Below are positions 8,283 through 16,720 of a stretch of DNA of 22,297 nucleotides, piece after piece. A program made the translations under genes and the position numbers. Origin of the DNA: Chthoniobacteraceae bacterium (GTDB lineage: Bacteria > Verrucomicrobiota > Verrucomicrobiia > Chthoniobacterales > Chthoniobacteraceae); NCBI GenBank assembly GCA_037190965.1, contig JBBCKI010000038.1:1-22297 (forward strand). The letters are read 5' to 3'. The notes under the pieces were generated by a model that saw nothing but the letters and a program-made list of their open reading frames with translations, was not told the origin of the DNA and did not search any database. Numbering within the stretch: the first letter of the stretch is position 1; each line of letters starts with the position of its first letter.

Positions 8283-9188
8283 GTGATCGAAAAACTGCGT
8301 CTATTCTTGGCCGTTCTTGAAGAAGGCAGTCTTCGCCGGGCCGCCGAGCGCCTGCACATTTCCCAATCGGCAATTACCCGGCAGATACAGCTGCTTGAGC
8401 ACGATTTGGGAGGACGAGTTCTGGAACGCACTTCGGCAGGAGTTCGCCCCACGAGCGGCGGACATACTCTGGCCGAAAAGGCAAAAAACCTGTTGTCCAA
8501 TTACGATTCGGCCATGGCCGAAGTTCGCCGTCTGGTCCGTGGAGAAAGTGATCGCTTGCGTATTGGCTATGTGGCGTCAGCCGTGCAGGAGTATCTTGGA
8601 CCCGCTCTTGCCATGCTCCGGCGCACGGATCCAAATCTTAAAGTCAAAATGCTCGATCAAACGCCGGGGGAGATGATCACTGCATTGCGCCGAGGCGAAA
8701 TTGATTTTGCGTTGACCGGCCACGGTGTCGATCTTCTCTCGCGCGATTTTTATACCCACAAATTGGCGAGCGTCCCAAGTCTGGTTGCTCTTCCACTCGA
8801 TCATCCGCTGGCCTCTCGAAAGCAGATTTCAATTTCACAATTGAAGAAAGAGTCCTTCGTTGGAGCGCCGGATAGTGTCGTGCCGGGATATAATCAAAAG
8901 ATCGTTCAATTCTGCCGGCAGTTCGGAAAATTCCGCCCGCGATTTGTGATCATAGGAGAGCCTACGAGCCTGGCGGAAGGCCTCGTGATGGCGGCGAATG
9001 AAGGCGCCGTTTCGCTGAATCCAAGTTTCATTTCTCACCTGCGCATCCCGAATGTCGTCATGATTCCGATTGCCGACAAGCAAGCAACCTGGGATTTATT
9101 TGTCGTCTGGCAACGCGGTAAAACGTCCACCCCTGTGCGCGCCTTGCTGGACAGCCTTCAACTCAAGCCCAAGCCCCACAAGGGGTGA
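8283..9188 (+). CDS. LysR-family transcriptional regulator
   Basis: N-terminal HTH LRLFLAVLEEGSLRRAAERLHISQSAITRQIQLLE, LRIGY substrate-binding domain, 301 aa, divergent from the nitroreductase. Confidence 0.95.
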   Translation: MIEKLRLFLAVLEEGSLRRAAERLHISQSAITRQIQLLEHDLGGRVLERTSAGVRPTSGGHTLAEKAKNLLSNYDSAMAEVRRLVRGESDRLRIGYVASAVQEYLGPALAMLRRTDPNLKVKMLDQTPGEMITALRRGEIDFALTGHGVDLLSRDFYTHKLASVPSLVALPLDHPLASRKQISISQLKKESFVGAPDSVVPGYNQKIVQFCRQFGKFRPRFVIIGEPTSLAEGLVMAANEGAVSLNPSFISHLRIPNVVMIPIADKQATWDLFVVWQRGKTSTPVRALLDSLQLKPKPHKG

Positions 9189-9228
9189 GGTTTCAGTGAG
9201 ATCGATCGCTGTTGGCTCGCAACACCGA

Positions 9229-9642
9229 TCACGTTCCAAATTTCACACCCGCATTCTGAACTTCGCGATAAGGCAGCAGCCAGACGAGCGACTCGTCATG
9301 CAGGTCGACGACTTGAACCCGGTTCCCCCATGGATCGCGGAAGTCACAACGAAATCCTTCGATCAACTTCAGCCCATATTTGCGGGTGAGCTTCTCTCGC
9401 ACCTCCGCGAGTTGGCTCTCGTCTCGCACCATGATGCCGAAGTGCCACTTACCCTCCATGGTTTTCATCCCCTTCCGTTCGAACATCGCCAGAAACTGAT
9501 GCTCCCCCAGTTTGAAGAATGCATCGCCCTCTCCCCGGTCGAGCTTTTCCAATCCGAAAACATCGGTGTAAAACGCGACCGCTTTCTCAAGGTCGCCGAC
9601 CTCGATTGCTACATGGTTGCAGCCATAGACTTGCACGCTCAT
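9229..9642 (-). CDS. VOC/glyoxalase superfamily protein
   Basis: MSVQVYGCNHVAIEVGDLEKAVAFYTDVFGL...HFG...DFRDPWGNRVQVV. The start is ATG 9642 after a GGAGGAGAGG purine-rich RBS, not 9744. Confidence 0.9.
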   Translation of the reverse strand: MSVQVYGCNHVAIEVGDLEKAVAFYTDVFGLEKLDRGEGDAFFKLGEHQFLAMFERKGMKTMEGKWHFGIMVRDESQLAEVREKLTRKYGLKLIEGFRCDFRDPWGNRVQVVDLHDESLVWLLPYREVQNAGVKFGT

Positions 9643-9833
9643 AACCTCTCCTCCTTCCACTTCTCGGCCGTTTCGCGGGCGAACAGCAAGCCGCCGACGA
9701 CAATCTCCGCGCAGGGCGGCGCCTTCGAGATGCTTTTCTGGCACCCCAGCAGCACATCAACCTGACGCTTGCGGAGCTCCTCGAGCACCCGCAAACCGAC
9801 GTTGCCCGTGCTGCCTGTCACAAGAATTTTCAC
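9639..9833 (-). pseudogene. Internally deleted NmrA/atypical SDR oxidoreductase remnant (64 aa)
   Basis: GTG start, then KILVTGSTGNVGLRVLEELRKRQVDV (Rossmann GxxGxxG), ending after about 64 aa in FARETAEKWKEERL. Its stop overlaps the VOC gene ATG (ATGA). Confidence 0.7.
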
Positions 9834-10013
9834 GCATCTTCGATTCGACCAGAAGTGCACCGCTGGTCGTGACGAAGTTGCATGTCTAAAATTGAGCGTT
9901 AATCATTGTTTTACCAGCCCGGCAACGCGGCAACGACAGGGATGATTTCACCTGGCCGGTTCACTTCCGGTCATGACGCGGATGCGTTGGATGAACTCCT
10001 GAGCAAAAAGCCT

Positions 10014-11531
10014 TCAAAGGCACAACGTCGACGAGTTTAACGAAGACGTATCGAAGGGAAACAAGGGGTGGCGGCGATTTTGATAAGGAAGAGATTCCAT
10101 ATCGGCGGTAGTCACACCGGGGGTATTTACACGGATAAGGGTGGGACACACTTCGGCATAGCCGCCTACCGGCGCGTGGACACCTTTAAGAATGATGATG
10201 TCGAAGTCGTCCGGTCTCACCCCACATGAAAGCAACGGCTGGGCGCTCGAAGAGGTGCCGGCTCGGTTTGAAATGAGCATGACGGTAAGGCCGCGATCAG
10301 TTCTGACAATGACCGTAGGGCCCATGTCACCTCCGGTCTTTCCCCCATGCCGAGGTTGTGTCTCCGTAAATCTACCCTCATGAAAACTAAGCACTGTTAC
10401 CTCGGTTTCCAAGGGTTGAGCAGGGGTCATCGGCAGCTTGCCGCCGATCTTCAATCGCACTCGCGCGCCGATGCCCGCAGCCCGTGCGGCCTGTACACTT
10501 TCCGGATCCGGGATGCAAAGAATGGCACGGAAGCGGCCGGACTCCTCGCAAAGGTGGGCCAAAAGCGTGGAATCACCCGGGGCGCCACCGCCGAGATTAT
10601 CGCCCATGTCGAGCAAACCTACCGGCTTGGGGGCAAGCTCAACCCGGGCCAGCGCTTCCTGCGGCGAGATCATCTCCCCCCGAAAACGCTCCCGTTCCGC
10701 GAACAGCCATTTGCCAAGCCGTTCAGCCTCCCGCCGGGCCAACTCCGGTTGATCATCGGTCACCACAATAAAAGACGAGCCCATATCGTGGATGTCTGCA
10801 TAAGGAAACCCGAAAATGACGCTGGCGGAGAGGACGCCCGGAATCGCACGCACCGCCTCCAGTTCGCGTTCGATGCCAAGCATCGGCTCCACCCGGGTAA
10901 GCTGGCGTTCGATATTGATCGCGACGGGCGGAATAGCGCTGGCCATTGTCGGCCGGATTTCGCCTCGCAACGTCCGCACCATGAGGCTCGCTGCCTCGAT
11001 TCCACGCTGTCGTTGGTCCAGATGCGGGTTCTCGCGATAAGCAACCAGCGCGTCGCAAGCCTCCACCATCGCGTCCGAAAGATTCCCATGTGGATCCATG
11101 GTCGCGATAATCGGCATTGAAAAGCCCACTCTCTGGCGCAGCTTTCCGAGCCACCAACCATCCATGTCTGGCCGGGACTCATTGACGGCCGCCCCGTGGG
11201 GCGCAGCGAGAATACCGTCAATTTTGCCGGCCTTTTCGAGCCCTTCGTTCACCAACCGCCAGAGGGTGTCCAGCGTCTCGTCGCTGACCTTTCCCCAAGG
11301 CATCGCGTGAGCGAAAATGATTGGCACCGCCTCGATTTCCGCGTTTGCAAGTGTCTGGAAGAAGCCACTGATCTCATGGTGCGCATTGCTGTAGCGATTC
11401 CGGACTTCCTCCCCGAGAAGAAAAACAGACGCGCGATAATGCTCCAGCGTCGTCAACTCGGGAATAAAGGTATTACTCTCATGATTAATCCCGATGATTG
11501 CGACGCGCAGTTTTCTCTGGTTTGAAGCCAT
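10014..11531 (-). CDS. M81-family metallopeptidase (MlrC-like)
   Basis: HESNTF, HGA, DPHGN, YRENPHLD, GFPYAD, DMGDNLGGGAPGDST and KGVH motifs; 505 aa. Confidence 0.9.
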   Translation of the reverse strand: MASNQRKLRVAIIGINHESNTFIPELTTLEHYRASVFLLGEEVRNRYSNAHHEISGFFQTLANAEIEAVPIIFAHAMPWGKVSDETLDTLWRLVNEGLEKAGKIDGILAAPHGAAVNESRPDMDGWWLGKLRQRVGFSMPIIATMDPHGNLSDAMVEACDALVAYRENPHLDQRQRGIEAASLMVRTLRGEIRPTMASAIPPVAINIERQLTRVEPMLGIERELEAVRAIPGVLSASVIFGFPYADIHDMGSSFIVVTDDQPELARREAERLGKWLFAERERFRGEMISPQEALARVELAPKPVGLLDMGDNLGGGAPGDSTLLAHLCEESGRFRAILCIPDPESVQAARAAGIGARVRLKIGGKLPMTPAQPLETEVTVLSFHEGRFTETQPRHGGKTGGDMGPTVIVRTDRGLTVMLISNRAGTSSSAQPLLSCGVRPDDFDIIILKGVHAPVGGYAEVCPTLIRVNTPGVTTADMESLPYQNRRHPLFPFDTSSLNSSTLCL

Positions 11532-11714
11532 ATGATAAAATAAACGGAAGCCGTATTCGAGGGATAGTGTCTATTTCAGTTCTCCGCAAGGCTTCATTGC
11601 CTTCGCCGCGCGGGAACGGCCAACCTGAGGCGTCAGCGCCCTCCGCCTCTCACCATTGTTGGACAAAATCGCCTTTCAGCGTGACGATTGCTCCCTCCCA
11701 AGTCATAAGAGCTC

Positions 11715-12947
11715 ATGATCTCTCCCGATGTTCATCCACTGGAATCGATCTTAAATGGGTGCCTTCCCGAGGCGCTTCGCTTTTTGGAGGAGCTTGTGGC
11801 AATCAATAGCTTCACTCAAAACAGAGCAGGAGTGGACGAAAATGCCGAACGTATTGTTCGGCACTTTGCTCCGCTTGGACTGAAACCCCGGCTTGTTCCA
11901 TGCTCTGTTTCAGGCACGGGGAGCCATCTGATTCTGGACTCGGGGGGAGACGCTCCGGCCATTGCCTGCATCTCCCATCTCGACACCGTTTACCCTCTGG
12001 AGGAGGAAACAAAGAACGGGTTCACCTGGAAACGGGAGGGGAGCCGCGCTTTTGGCCCTGGCGTCTATGACATCAAGGGCGGCACCGCGCTCCTTTGGAT
12101 GACCCTCCAGGCTCTTGCCTCCAGCGATCCTGAAACATTCCGCGCGACGCGATGGATTCTGCTCTGGAACGCTGCCGAAGAAGTGCTCGCCGAAGATTTT
12201 GGCAAGGTATGCCTGGAGACGCTGCCCTCCAATACCCTCGCATGCCTCGTTTTCGAAGGTGACGGCCAAAGTGAATCATTCTTCAAGCTGGTAAGCCATC
12301 GAAAAGGAAGCGGTAAGTTCCGCATCTCCACGACGGGGCGCGGCGCCCACTCCGGAAGTAGCTATAAGGACGGGGCCAATGCAATTCATCAACTCGCCAG
12401 GGTAATCGATAAAGCCATGGCGTTGACCGATCTTTCGAAGGAAACGACCGTCAACGTCGGGACTGTACGCGGCGGCTCGGTGACTAACCGCGTCCCGCAT
12501 GAGGCGGAAGCACATATGGAGCTTCGGGCCTTCGACCAGGAACACTACATGGAGGTACGGCAACAATTAGTGGCCTTAAGCGGGCGGGGAGAGATCGCCG
12601 CGGTCTCCGATGGTTTCCCGTGCCAGGTGCAAATCACGATCCAGAAAGAAACACCGCCGTGGCAGAAAAACGACGCAACGGATTGTCTTGCTGCTCGCTG
12701 GCAAGATGCAGCAGCCTGCTGCGGCGAGCCGCTCGAGGCGATGCCTCGCGGCGGCTTGAGCGACGGCAACCGGTTGTGGAATCACTTCCCCACACTTGAT
12801 GGCCTCGGGCCCCGAGGAGGAAATGCGCATTGCTCCGAGCGTTCGGCCGATGGCACCAAAATCCCGGAATTTGTTGATCTCACCTCTTTCGTGCCGAAGG
12901 CACTCATAAACTGTATCGCCATAAGGAAACTCACATCGGAAGGATAG
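11715..12947 (+). CDS. M20-family metallo-amidohydrolase (glutamate carboxypeptidase G2-like)
   Basis: SHLDTV, GPGVYDIKGG, AAEE, FEG, GRGAHSG, NVG..RGG...NRVP, GGLSDGN and DGLGPRGGNAH. Confidence 0.9.
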   Translation: MISPDVHPLESILNGCLPEALRFLEELVAINSFTQNRAGVDENAERIVRHFAPLGLKPRLVPCSVSGTGSHLILDSGGDAPAIACISHLDTVYPLEEETKNGFTWKREGSRAFGPGVYDIKGGTALLWMTLQALASSDPETFRATRWILLWNAAEEVLAEDFGKVCLETLPSNTLACLVFEGDGQSESFFKLVSHRKGSGKFRISTTGRGAHSGSSYKDGANAIHQLARVIDKAMALTDLSKETTVNVGTVRGGSVTNRVPHEAEAHMELRAFDQEHYMEVRQQLVALSGRGEIAAVSDGFPCQVQITIQKETPPWQKNDATDCLAARWQDAAACCGEPLEAMPRGGLSDGNRLWNHFPTLDGLGPRGGNAHCSERSADGTKIPEFVDLTSFVPKALINCIAIRKLTSEG

Positions 12948-13097
12948 CTCTCCGTCCGACAAGATGCGCTGCATTGGCTCGCATTCCTCGGCGATCAGGA
13001 CTTTCGCTTTCATCGGCTCCCTCCTTCGTGCGTCGCACCGTTGCCGCTAAGATGGTTGAAGTCGATGGTTTCCTTGAGGTAGAGTCCTTCGTCAGAA

Positions 13098-13964
13098 ATG
13101 ACCGATACCCCTCCCGATGTTTCGCTCCCCCCGGCACGCGCGGCAGTCAGCGAAGGTGATCTCCGCCCAGCTCTTCGCATTCGCTCCGTGCTCGAAGCCT
13201 ATGCCGTGGGACATTTGCGAAACTCGTCTCAGGAAGATTGGTTGGCCTCGCTTCGCGCATTCCTCCCTGCTCTTAAGGTTTGCGCCCTTCAAGGAGACCA
13301 TGAGGTATTCCACCGGACAGACATGGCGCTCCATGGAAAACTGATCGAGCTAACCGGAATTCCGACTCTTCTATCCTGCTGGAAGGTGGCGGCCGCTCCA
13401 ACCGAATGGTGGGTGGCCCATGTCAAAAAGGCCTACTGGCCAAGCTTGATGGCGCTTTATCATGAGCACTGCTTTCTCCTCAATGCCTGGGCGTCGCCCT
13501 ATGATGAGATTGCGGAGAAAGCAACGCATCTCCATATCGAAGCGGGCTGGCATCGGGTCAAGGCGGCCAGCGGGATTGCCGTCCCCGGGGATGGCGGCGA
13601 CCCTGTCGAACGTGCTGCGGCATTTATCTCCACTCACTTTGGAAACCAACTCAGCGTTTCGTGGATTGCAGCGCATGTCAGCTACGTAAGCACACGGCAT
13701 CTGACGCGCCTTTTCAAAGAGCAAAAGGGGATTTCACCTCAAAGCATGATCCGGCAGGTGCGAATGGAGCATGCTGCTGAAATTCTGCTAACGAAAGCCA
13801 TGTCGCTGGCGATGATTGCCCGGCATTGCGGCTACAAAAATCAATCCCATTTCATCACTGATTTTCGCAAATATTTCGGAATGACTCCCAACCATTACCG
13901 ACAGACAAAGCACCTGGACAATACTGCGGGCGATGAAAAAGCCATTCTGTTTGGGACGAGGTGA
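13098..13964 (+). CDS. AraC-family regulator with an N-terminal FCD (GntR/FadR C-terminal)-like ligand domain
   Basis: C-terminal AraC double HTH: VSTRHLTRLFKEQKGISP...RMEHAAEIL...IARHCGYKNQSHFITDFRKYFGMTPNHYR. The N-terminus IRSVLEAYA...DMALHGKL...EH..LL.A...THLH follows the FCD pattern. Confidence 0.85.
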   Translation: MTDTPPDVSLPPARAAVSEGDLRPALRIRSVLEAYAVGHLRNSSQEDWLASLRAFLPALKVCALQGDHEVFHRTDMALHGKLIELTGIPTLLSCWKVAAAPTEWWVAHVKKAYWPSLMALYHEHCFLLNAWASPYDEIAEKATHLHIEAGWHRVKAASGIAVPGDGGDPVERAAAFISTHFGNQLSVSWIAAHVSYVSTRHLTRLFKEQKGISPQSMIRQVRMEHAAEILLTKAMSLAMIARHCGYKNQSHFITDFRKYFGMTPNHYRQTKHLDNTAGDEKAILFGTR

Positions 13965-14013
13965 TTTTGTATTCCGGACATTCTTCGCTCTCCTCCGTTA
14001 GCAAGGTTGATTG
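13934..14013 (+). repeat. Upstream element, copy 1 (putative operator/promoter)
   Basis: CCATTCTGTTTGGGACGAGGTGATTTTGTATTCCGGACATTCTTC-N14-GCAAGGTTGATTG aligns with 15412-15493, colinear at an offset of 1480 from 13951 onward. Confidence 0.85.
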
Positions 14014-14050
14014 CCGCTCACGAGTAATGGACCTTTTGGAAACCGGCTTC

Positions 14051-14072
14051 CCTGCGCTTCCCGCAGGTTTTT
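14051..14072 (+). terminator. Putative intrinsic terminator
   Basis: CCTGCG-CTTCC-CGCAGG stem-loop followed by TTTTT. Confidence 0.55.
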
Positions 14073-14114
14073 GAACTTTTGAACCCGGTAAACAATCGCT
14101 CTTCACCCTCTCCA

Positions 14115-15290
14115 ATGAAAAAGTTACTCTTCCCATTTCTCATTGAGTTTTTGGTTAGCCCAGTGATCGGACTGAGTCGAACGCCACCCAGTAACACGCA
14201 GTTTTTTTCAATGATCGGAAAGTCAGAGGACGATGCCATCGAATCGCAGGGGCAACATACGAATGTTGTGTTGGCACGAGAAGGCGATAATCCGCACTTC
14301 GATCCCGCTTATCTCAGCGCGCTCGGAGCCCTCTATGCAGCAGCTTTCCTGGAGGCACAATCCTGGGAGACCGCTGTGCGAGTCGCGCCCTATCGAGGTG
14401 ACCGCGAAGGAGCGATCAGCTACACCTTCGACGATGGATTGCGGAACCACCATCTCGTAGCCGCTCCGATGCTCAACGAACTTGGGCTTCGTGCTACCTT
14501 TTTCATTGTAGCCGGGTCGGTCACCAATACCAAGGAAGAGGCAGAATTGAAAAAACCAGGTGCCAAAGGCGCACTTAGCTGGGACGAAGTCAGGGAGATG
14601 GCGGCCCAAGGCCACGAGATAAGAAACCACACCTGGACTCATGCGGGGCTCACCAAGCTCGACGATGCCATGGCAGAGGAGGAAATTTCCAAGGCTTACG
14701 AAAAAATCCAAAAGGAAACAGGCATCTTTCCCTTCAGCTTTTGCTATCCCGGAAATGGACGAAACGCTCGTCTGGAAGCTATCGTCATGCGTCAACATTT
14801 CACTGCCCGCGTTTATCAAAAGGGAATGGGAGAAAGGAACACCACTCCGGACGAATTAAATGCTTGGGCAGATCGTCAGGCTAACGAACGAAAATGGGGA
14901 GTGGCCATGCTTCATGGGCTCATTGACGGATACGATCCTATCGATCCTGCGGTGTTTCGGGCTCACTTAAGCTACGTTAAGGAGCGCCAGAATGTCCTCT
15001 GGGTGGATACTTTCGGTGCTATCAGCCGCTATAGACGTGAGTACGACTCCGCCAAATTGCAGGTGATCAGCAAAACGGCGGAGAGCGTCACCTTTGTTTT
15101 GGACTCGCCGCTGCCTCGCCCGCCTTTTGATACTCCGCTCACCACGGTCATTGCCGCTCCGGGAGCGATTCACGCGGAAGCGAGAACTCGCGATGGACGC
15201 ACTCTGCCCACTACCGTTTTCCAAAACTTCTTGCATGTGGAATGCGTACCTGGACCGGAACCGGTTACAGTGACGTGGAAGACGCTTTGA
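14115..15290 (+). CDS. Polysaccharide deacetylase (CE4/NodB family), probably exported
   Basis: TFDDG, ATFF, GHEIRNHTWTH, FCYPG and MLHG motifs, plus a C-terminal beta-rich extension. ATG 14115 (MKKLLFPFL...) was chosen over TTG 14079, and the start remains uncertain. Confidence 0.85.
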   Translation: MKKLLFPFLIEFLVSPVIGLSRTPPSNTQFFSMIGKSEDDAIESQGQHTNVVLAREGDNPHFDPAYLSALGALYAAAFLEAQSWETAVRVAPYRGDREGAISYTFDDGLRNHHLVAAPMLNELGLRATFFIVAGSVTNTKEEAELKKPGAKGALSWDEVREMAAQGHEIRNHTWTHAGLTKLDDAMAEEEISKAYEKIQKETGIFPFSFCYPGNGRNARLEAIVMRQHFTARVYQKGMGERNTTPDELNAWADRQANERKWGVAMLHGLIDGYDPIDPAVFRAHLSYVKERQNVLWVDTFGAISRYRREYDSAKLQVISKTAESVTFVLDSPLPRPPFDTPLTTVIAAPGAIHAEARTRDGRTLPTTVFQNFLHVECVPGPEPVTVTWKTL

Positions 15291-15411
15291 GTGCTAGCCA
15301 CGCCGGATCTACGAACCATCAAACAGGTTTCAGACGCACGTCTCCTTGGCGCGTCAGATAACCATCTTCCGGTTGAAAATGGGGTCTCCCCTAAAAACCG
15401 AGACTGCACAT

Positions 15412-15493
15412 TGAAGAAAACCATTTTGTTTTGAGACAACGCGATTTTGTATTTCGGACATTCTTCTTCCGACACCAAGAGTAGGGTTGATTG
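15412..15493 (+). repeat. Upstream element, copy 2 (putative operator/promoter)
   Basis: CCATTTTGTTTTGAGACAACGCGATTTTGTATTTCGGACATTCTTC-N14-GTAGGGTTGATTG, ending 27 nt before the sialidase-like ATG. AAGGAG follows. Confidence 0.85.
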
Positions 15494-15520
15494 TCTTCAA
15501 GGAGCGACTAAGCAAGAGCC

Positions 15521-16696
15521 ATGACAACCCCGGCGACAATTTCAACCCTGGCTGACTTGGCACTTGAGCCCCCTCTGCTTAATACCCAACCTCTCCCGGA
15601 TTACGATGCCGCTCGCCTCGATTATGGGATGACCATCGGAATCGAACGCACTCCCGGCGGACGGCTTTGGGCTTGCTGGGTGGGCGGCGGCGACAATGAC
15701 AAAGCTTTCTTCATCCTGGCCACCAGCGACGATGGAGGCGACACTTGGTCGAAGCCTCGTCTTGTCATCGATCCTCACAGCGCCAGCCTGCCATATCCCC
15801 GCCGTAGCCTCGTCGGCAATCTCTGGACAGATCCACGTGGGCGGCTCTGGCTTTTCTTTGATCAGGCAATGACCTACTTCGATGGTCGGGGGGGATTATG
15901 GGCAACGCTTTGCGAAAACCCGGATGCCGATACGCCCGAATGGTCTTCGCCGCGTCGCATCTGGCATGGCTGCGCCCTCAACAAACCGGTCATCCTGAGC
16001 AACGGTGAGTGGTTGCTTCCTGCTTCGTTGTGGGATCGCGGGCGGAACAAAGCGCCCTTCGAAGATGCCTTTCCTGAACTCGACCCCTTCCGGGGCGCCA
16101 ATGTGCTGGTCTCTGCGGATGAAGGAGCCACTTGGAGTCGGCGGGCCACGGTTCAGTTTCCAAAGCCCAGCTTCGACGAACACCATTTCATCGAACGCCG
16201 CGATGGGTCCCTCTGGATGACGGCCCGTACAAGGACCGGCATGTGGGAGTGCCACTCAAAGGACAATGGCAGGACATGGACTGACCCACAACCGGCAGCC
16301 ATTGCACAACCGGCAGCCCGTCATCATCTACAGCGCCTCAGTTCGGGGCGGCTCCTGCTCATCAAGCACGGCCGACGAATTGACGAGCTTCCTGAAGACG
16401 ATGGCGGCCCCGGGCTTCGTTCTTTTCTGACAGCCTTCCTCTCCGATGATGAGGGCGCAAGCTGGTACGGCGGTCTTGTCCTGGATGAACGCAAGGCGAT
16501 TAGCTATCCGGACGGCTTCGAGGCTCCGGATGGAACGATCCATATTTCCTATGACTGGGAGCGCGATCGCGAAGGCGAGGTACTCCTTGCCCAATTCAGG
16601 GAGGCGGATGTCGTGGCAGGGTGTCTCGTCACTTCCGGTTCCCGGTTAAAACAACGAATCAGCAAGCCACTGGGGATTCGCGCTGACGGGCGGTAG
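15521..16696 (+). CDS. BNR/Asp-box sialidase-family beta-propeller protein
   Basis: Asp boxes SDDGGDTW, SADEGATW, SKDNGRTW and SDDEGASW; FDEH, MTAR and SYPD motifs; no signal peptide. Confidence 0.88.
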   Translation: MTTPATISTLADLALEPPLLNTQPLPDYDAARLDYGMTIGIERTPGGRLWACWVGGGDNDKAFFILATSDDGGDTWSKPRLVIDPHSASLPYPRRSLVGNLWTDPRGRLWLFFDQAMTYFDGRGGLWATLCENPDADTPEWSSPRRIWHGCALNKPVILSNGEWLLPASLWDRGRNKAPFEDAFPELDPFRGANVLVSADEGATWSRRATVQFPKPSFDEHHFIERRDGSLWMTARTRTGMWECHSKDNGRTWTDPQPAAIAQPAARHHLQRLSSGRLLLIKHGRRIDELPEDDGGPGLRSFLTAFLSDDEGASWYGGLVLDERKAISYPDGFEAPDGTIHISYDWERDREGEVLLAQFREADVVAGCLVTSGSRLKQRISKPLGIRADGR

Positions 16697-16720
16697 ACGC
16701 GGAAGAGCACTGATTACTCA

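Noticed and set aside
9070..9765. 231-aa plus-strand ORF, and the 9744 start for the VOC gene
   Set aside because: The ORF is antisense to the VOC gene. The upstream extension overlaps the NmrA remnant, and the RBS supports ATG 9642.
10014..11531. Microcystin degradation cluster (mlrC)
   Set aside because: The M81 family is broad and no mlrA/mlrB/mlrD-like neighbours are present.
13934..15493. Duplicated element as att sites, IS ends or CRISPR repeats
   Set aside because: Only two diverged direct copies, each placed upstream of a gene, with no integrase, transposase, cas gene or regular spacer array.
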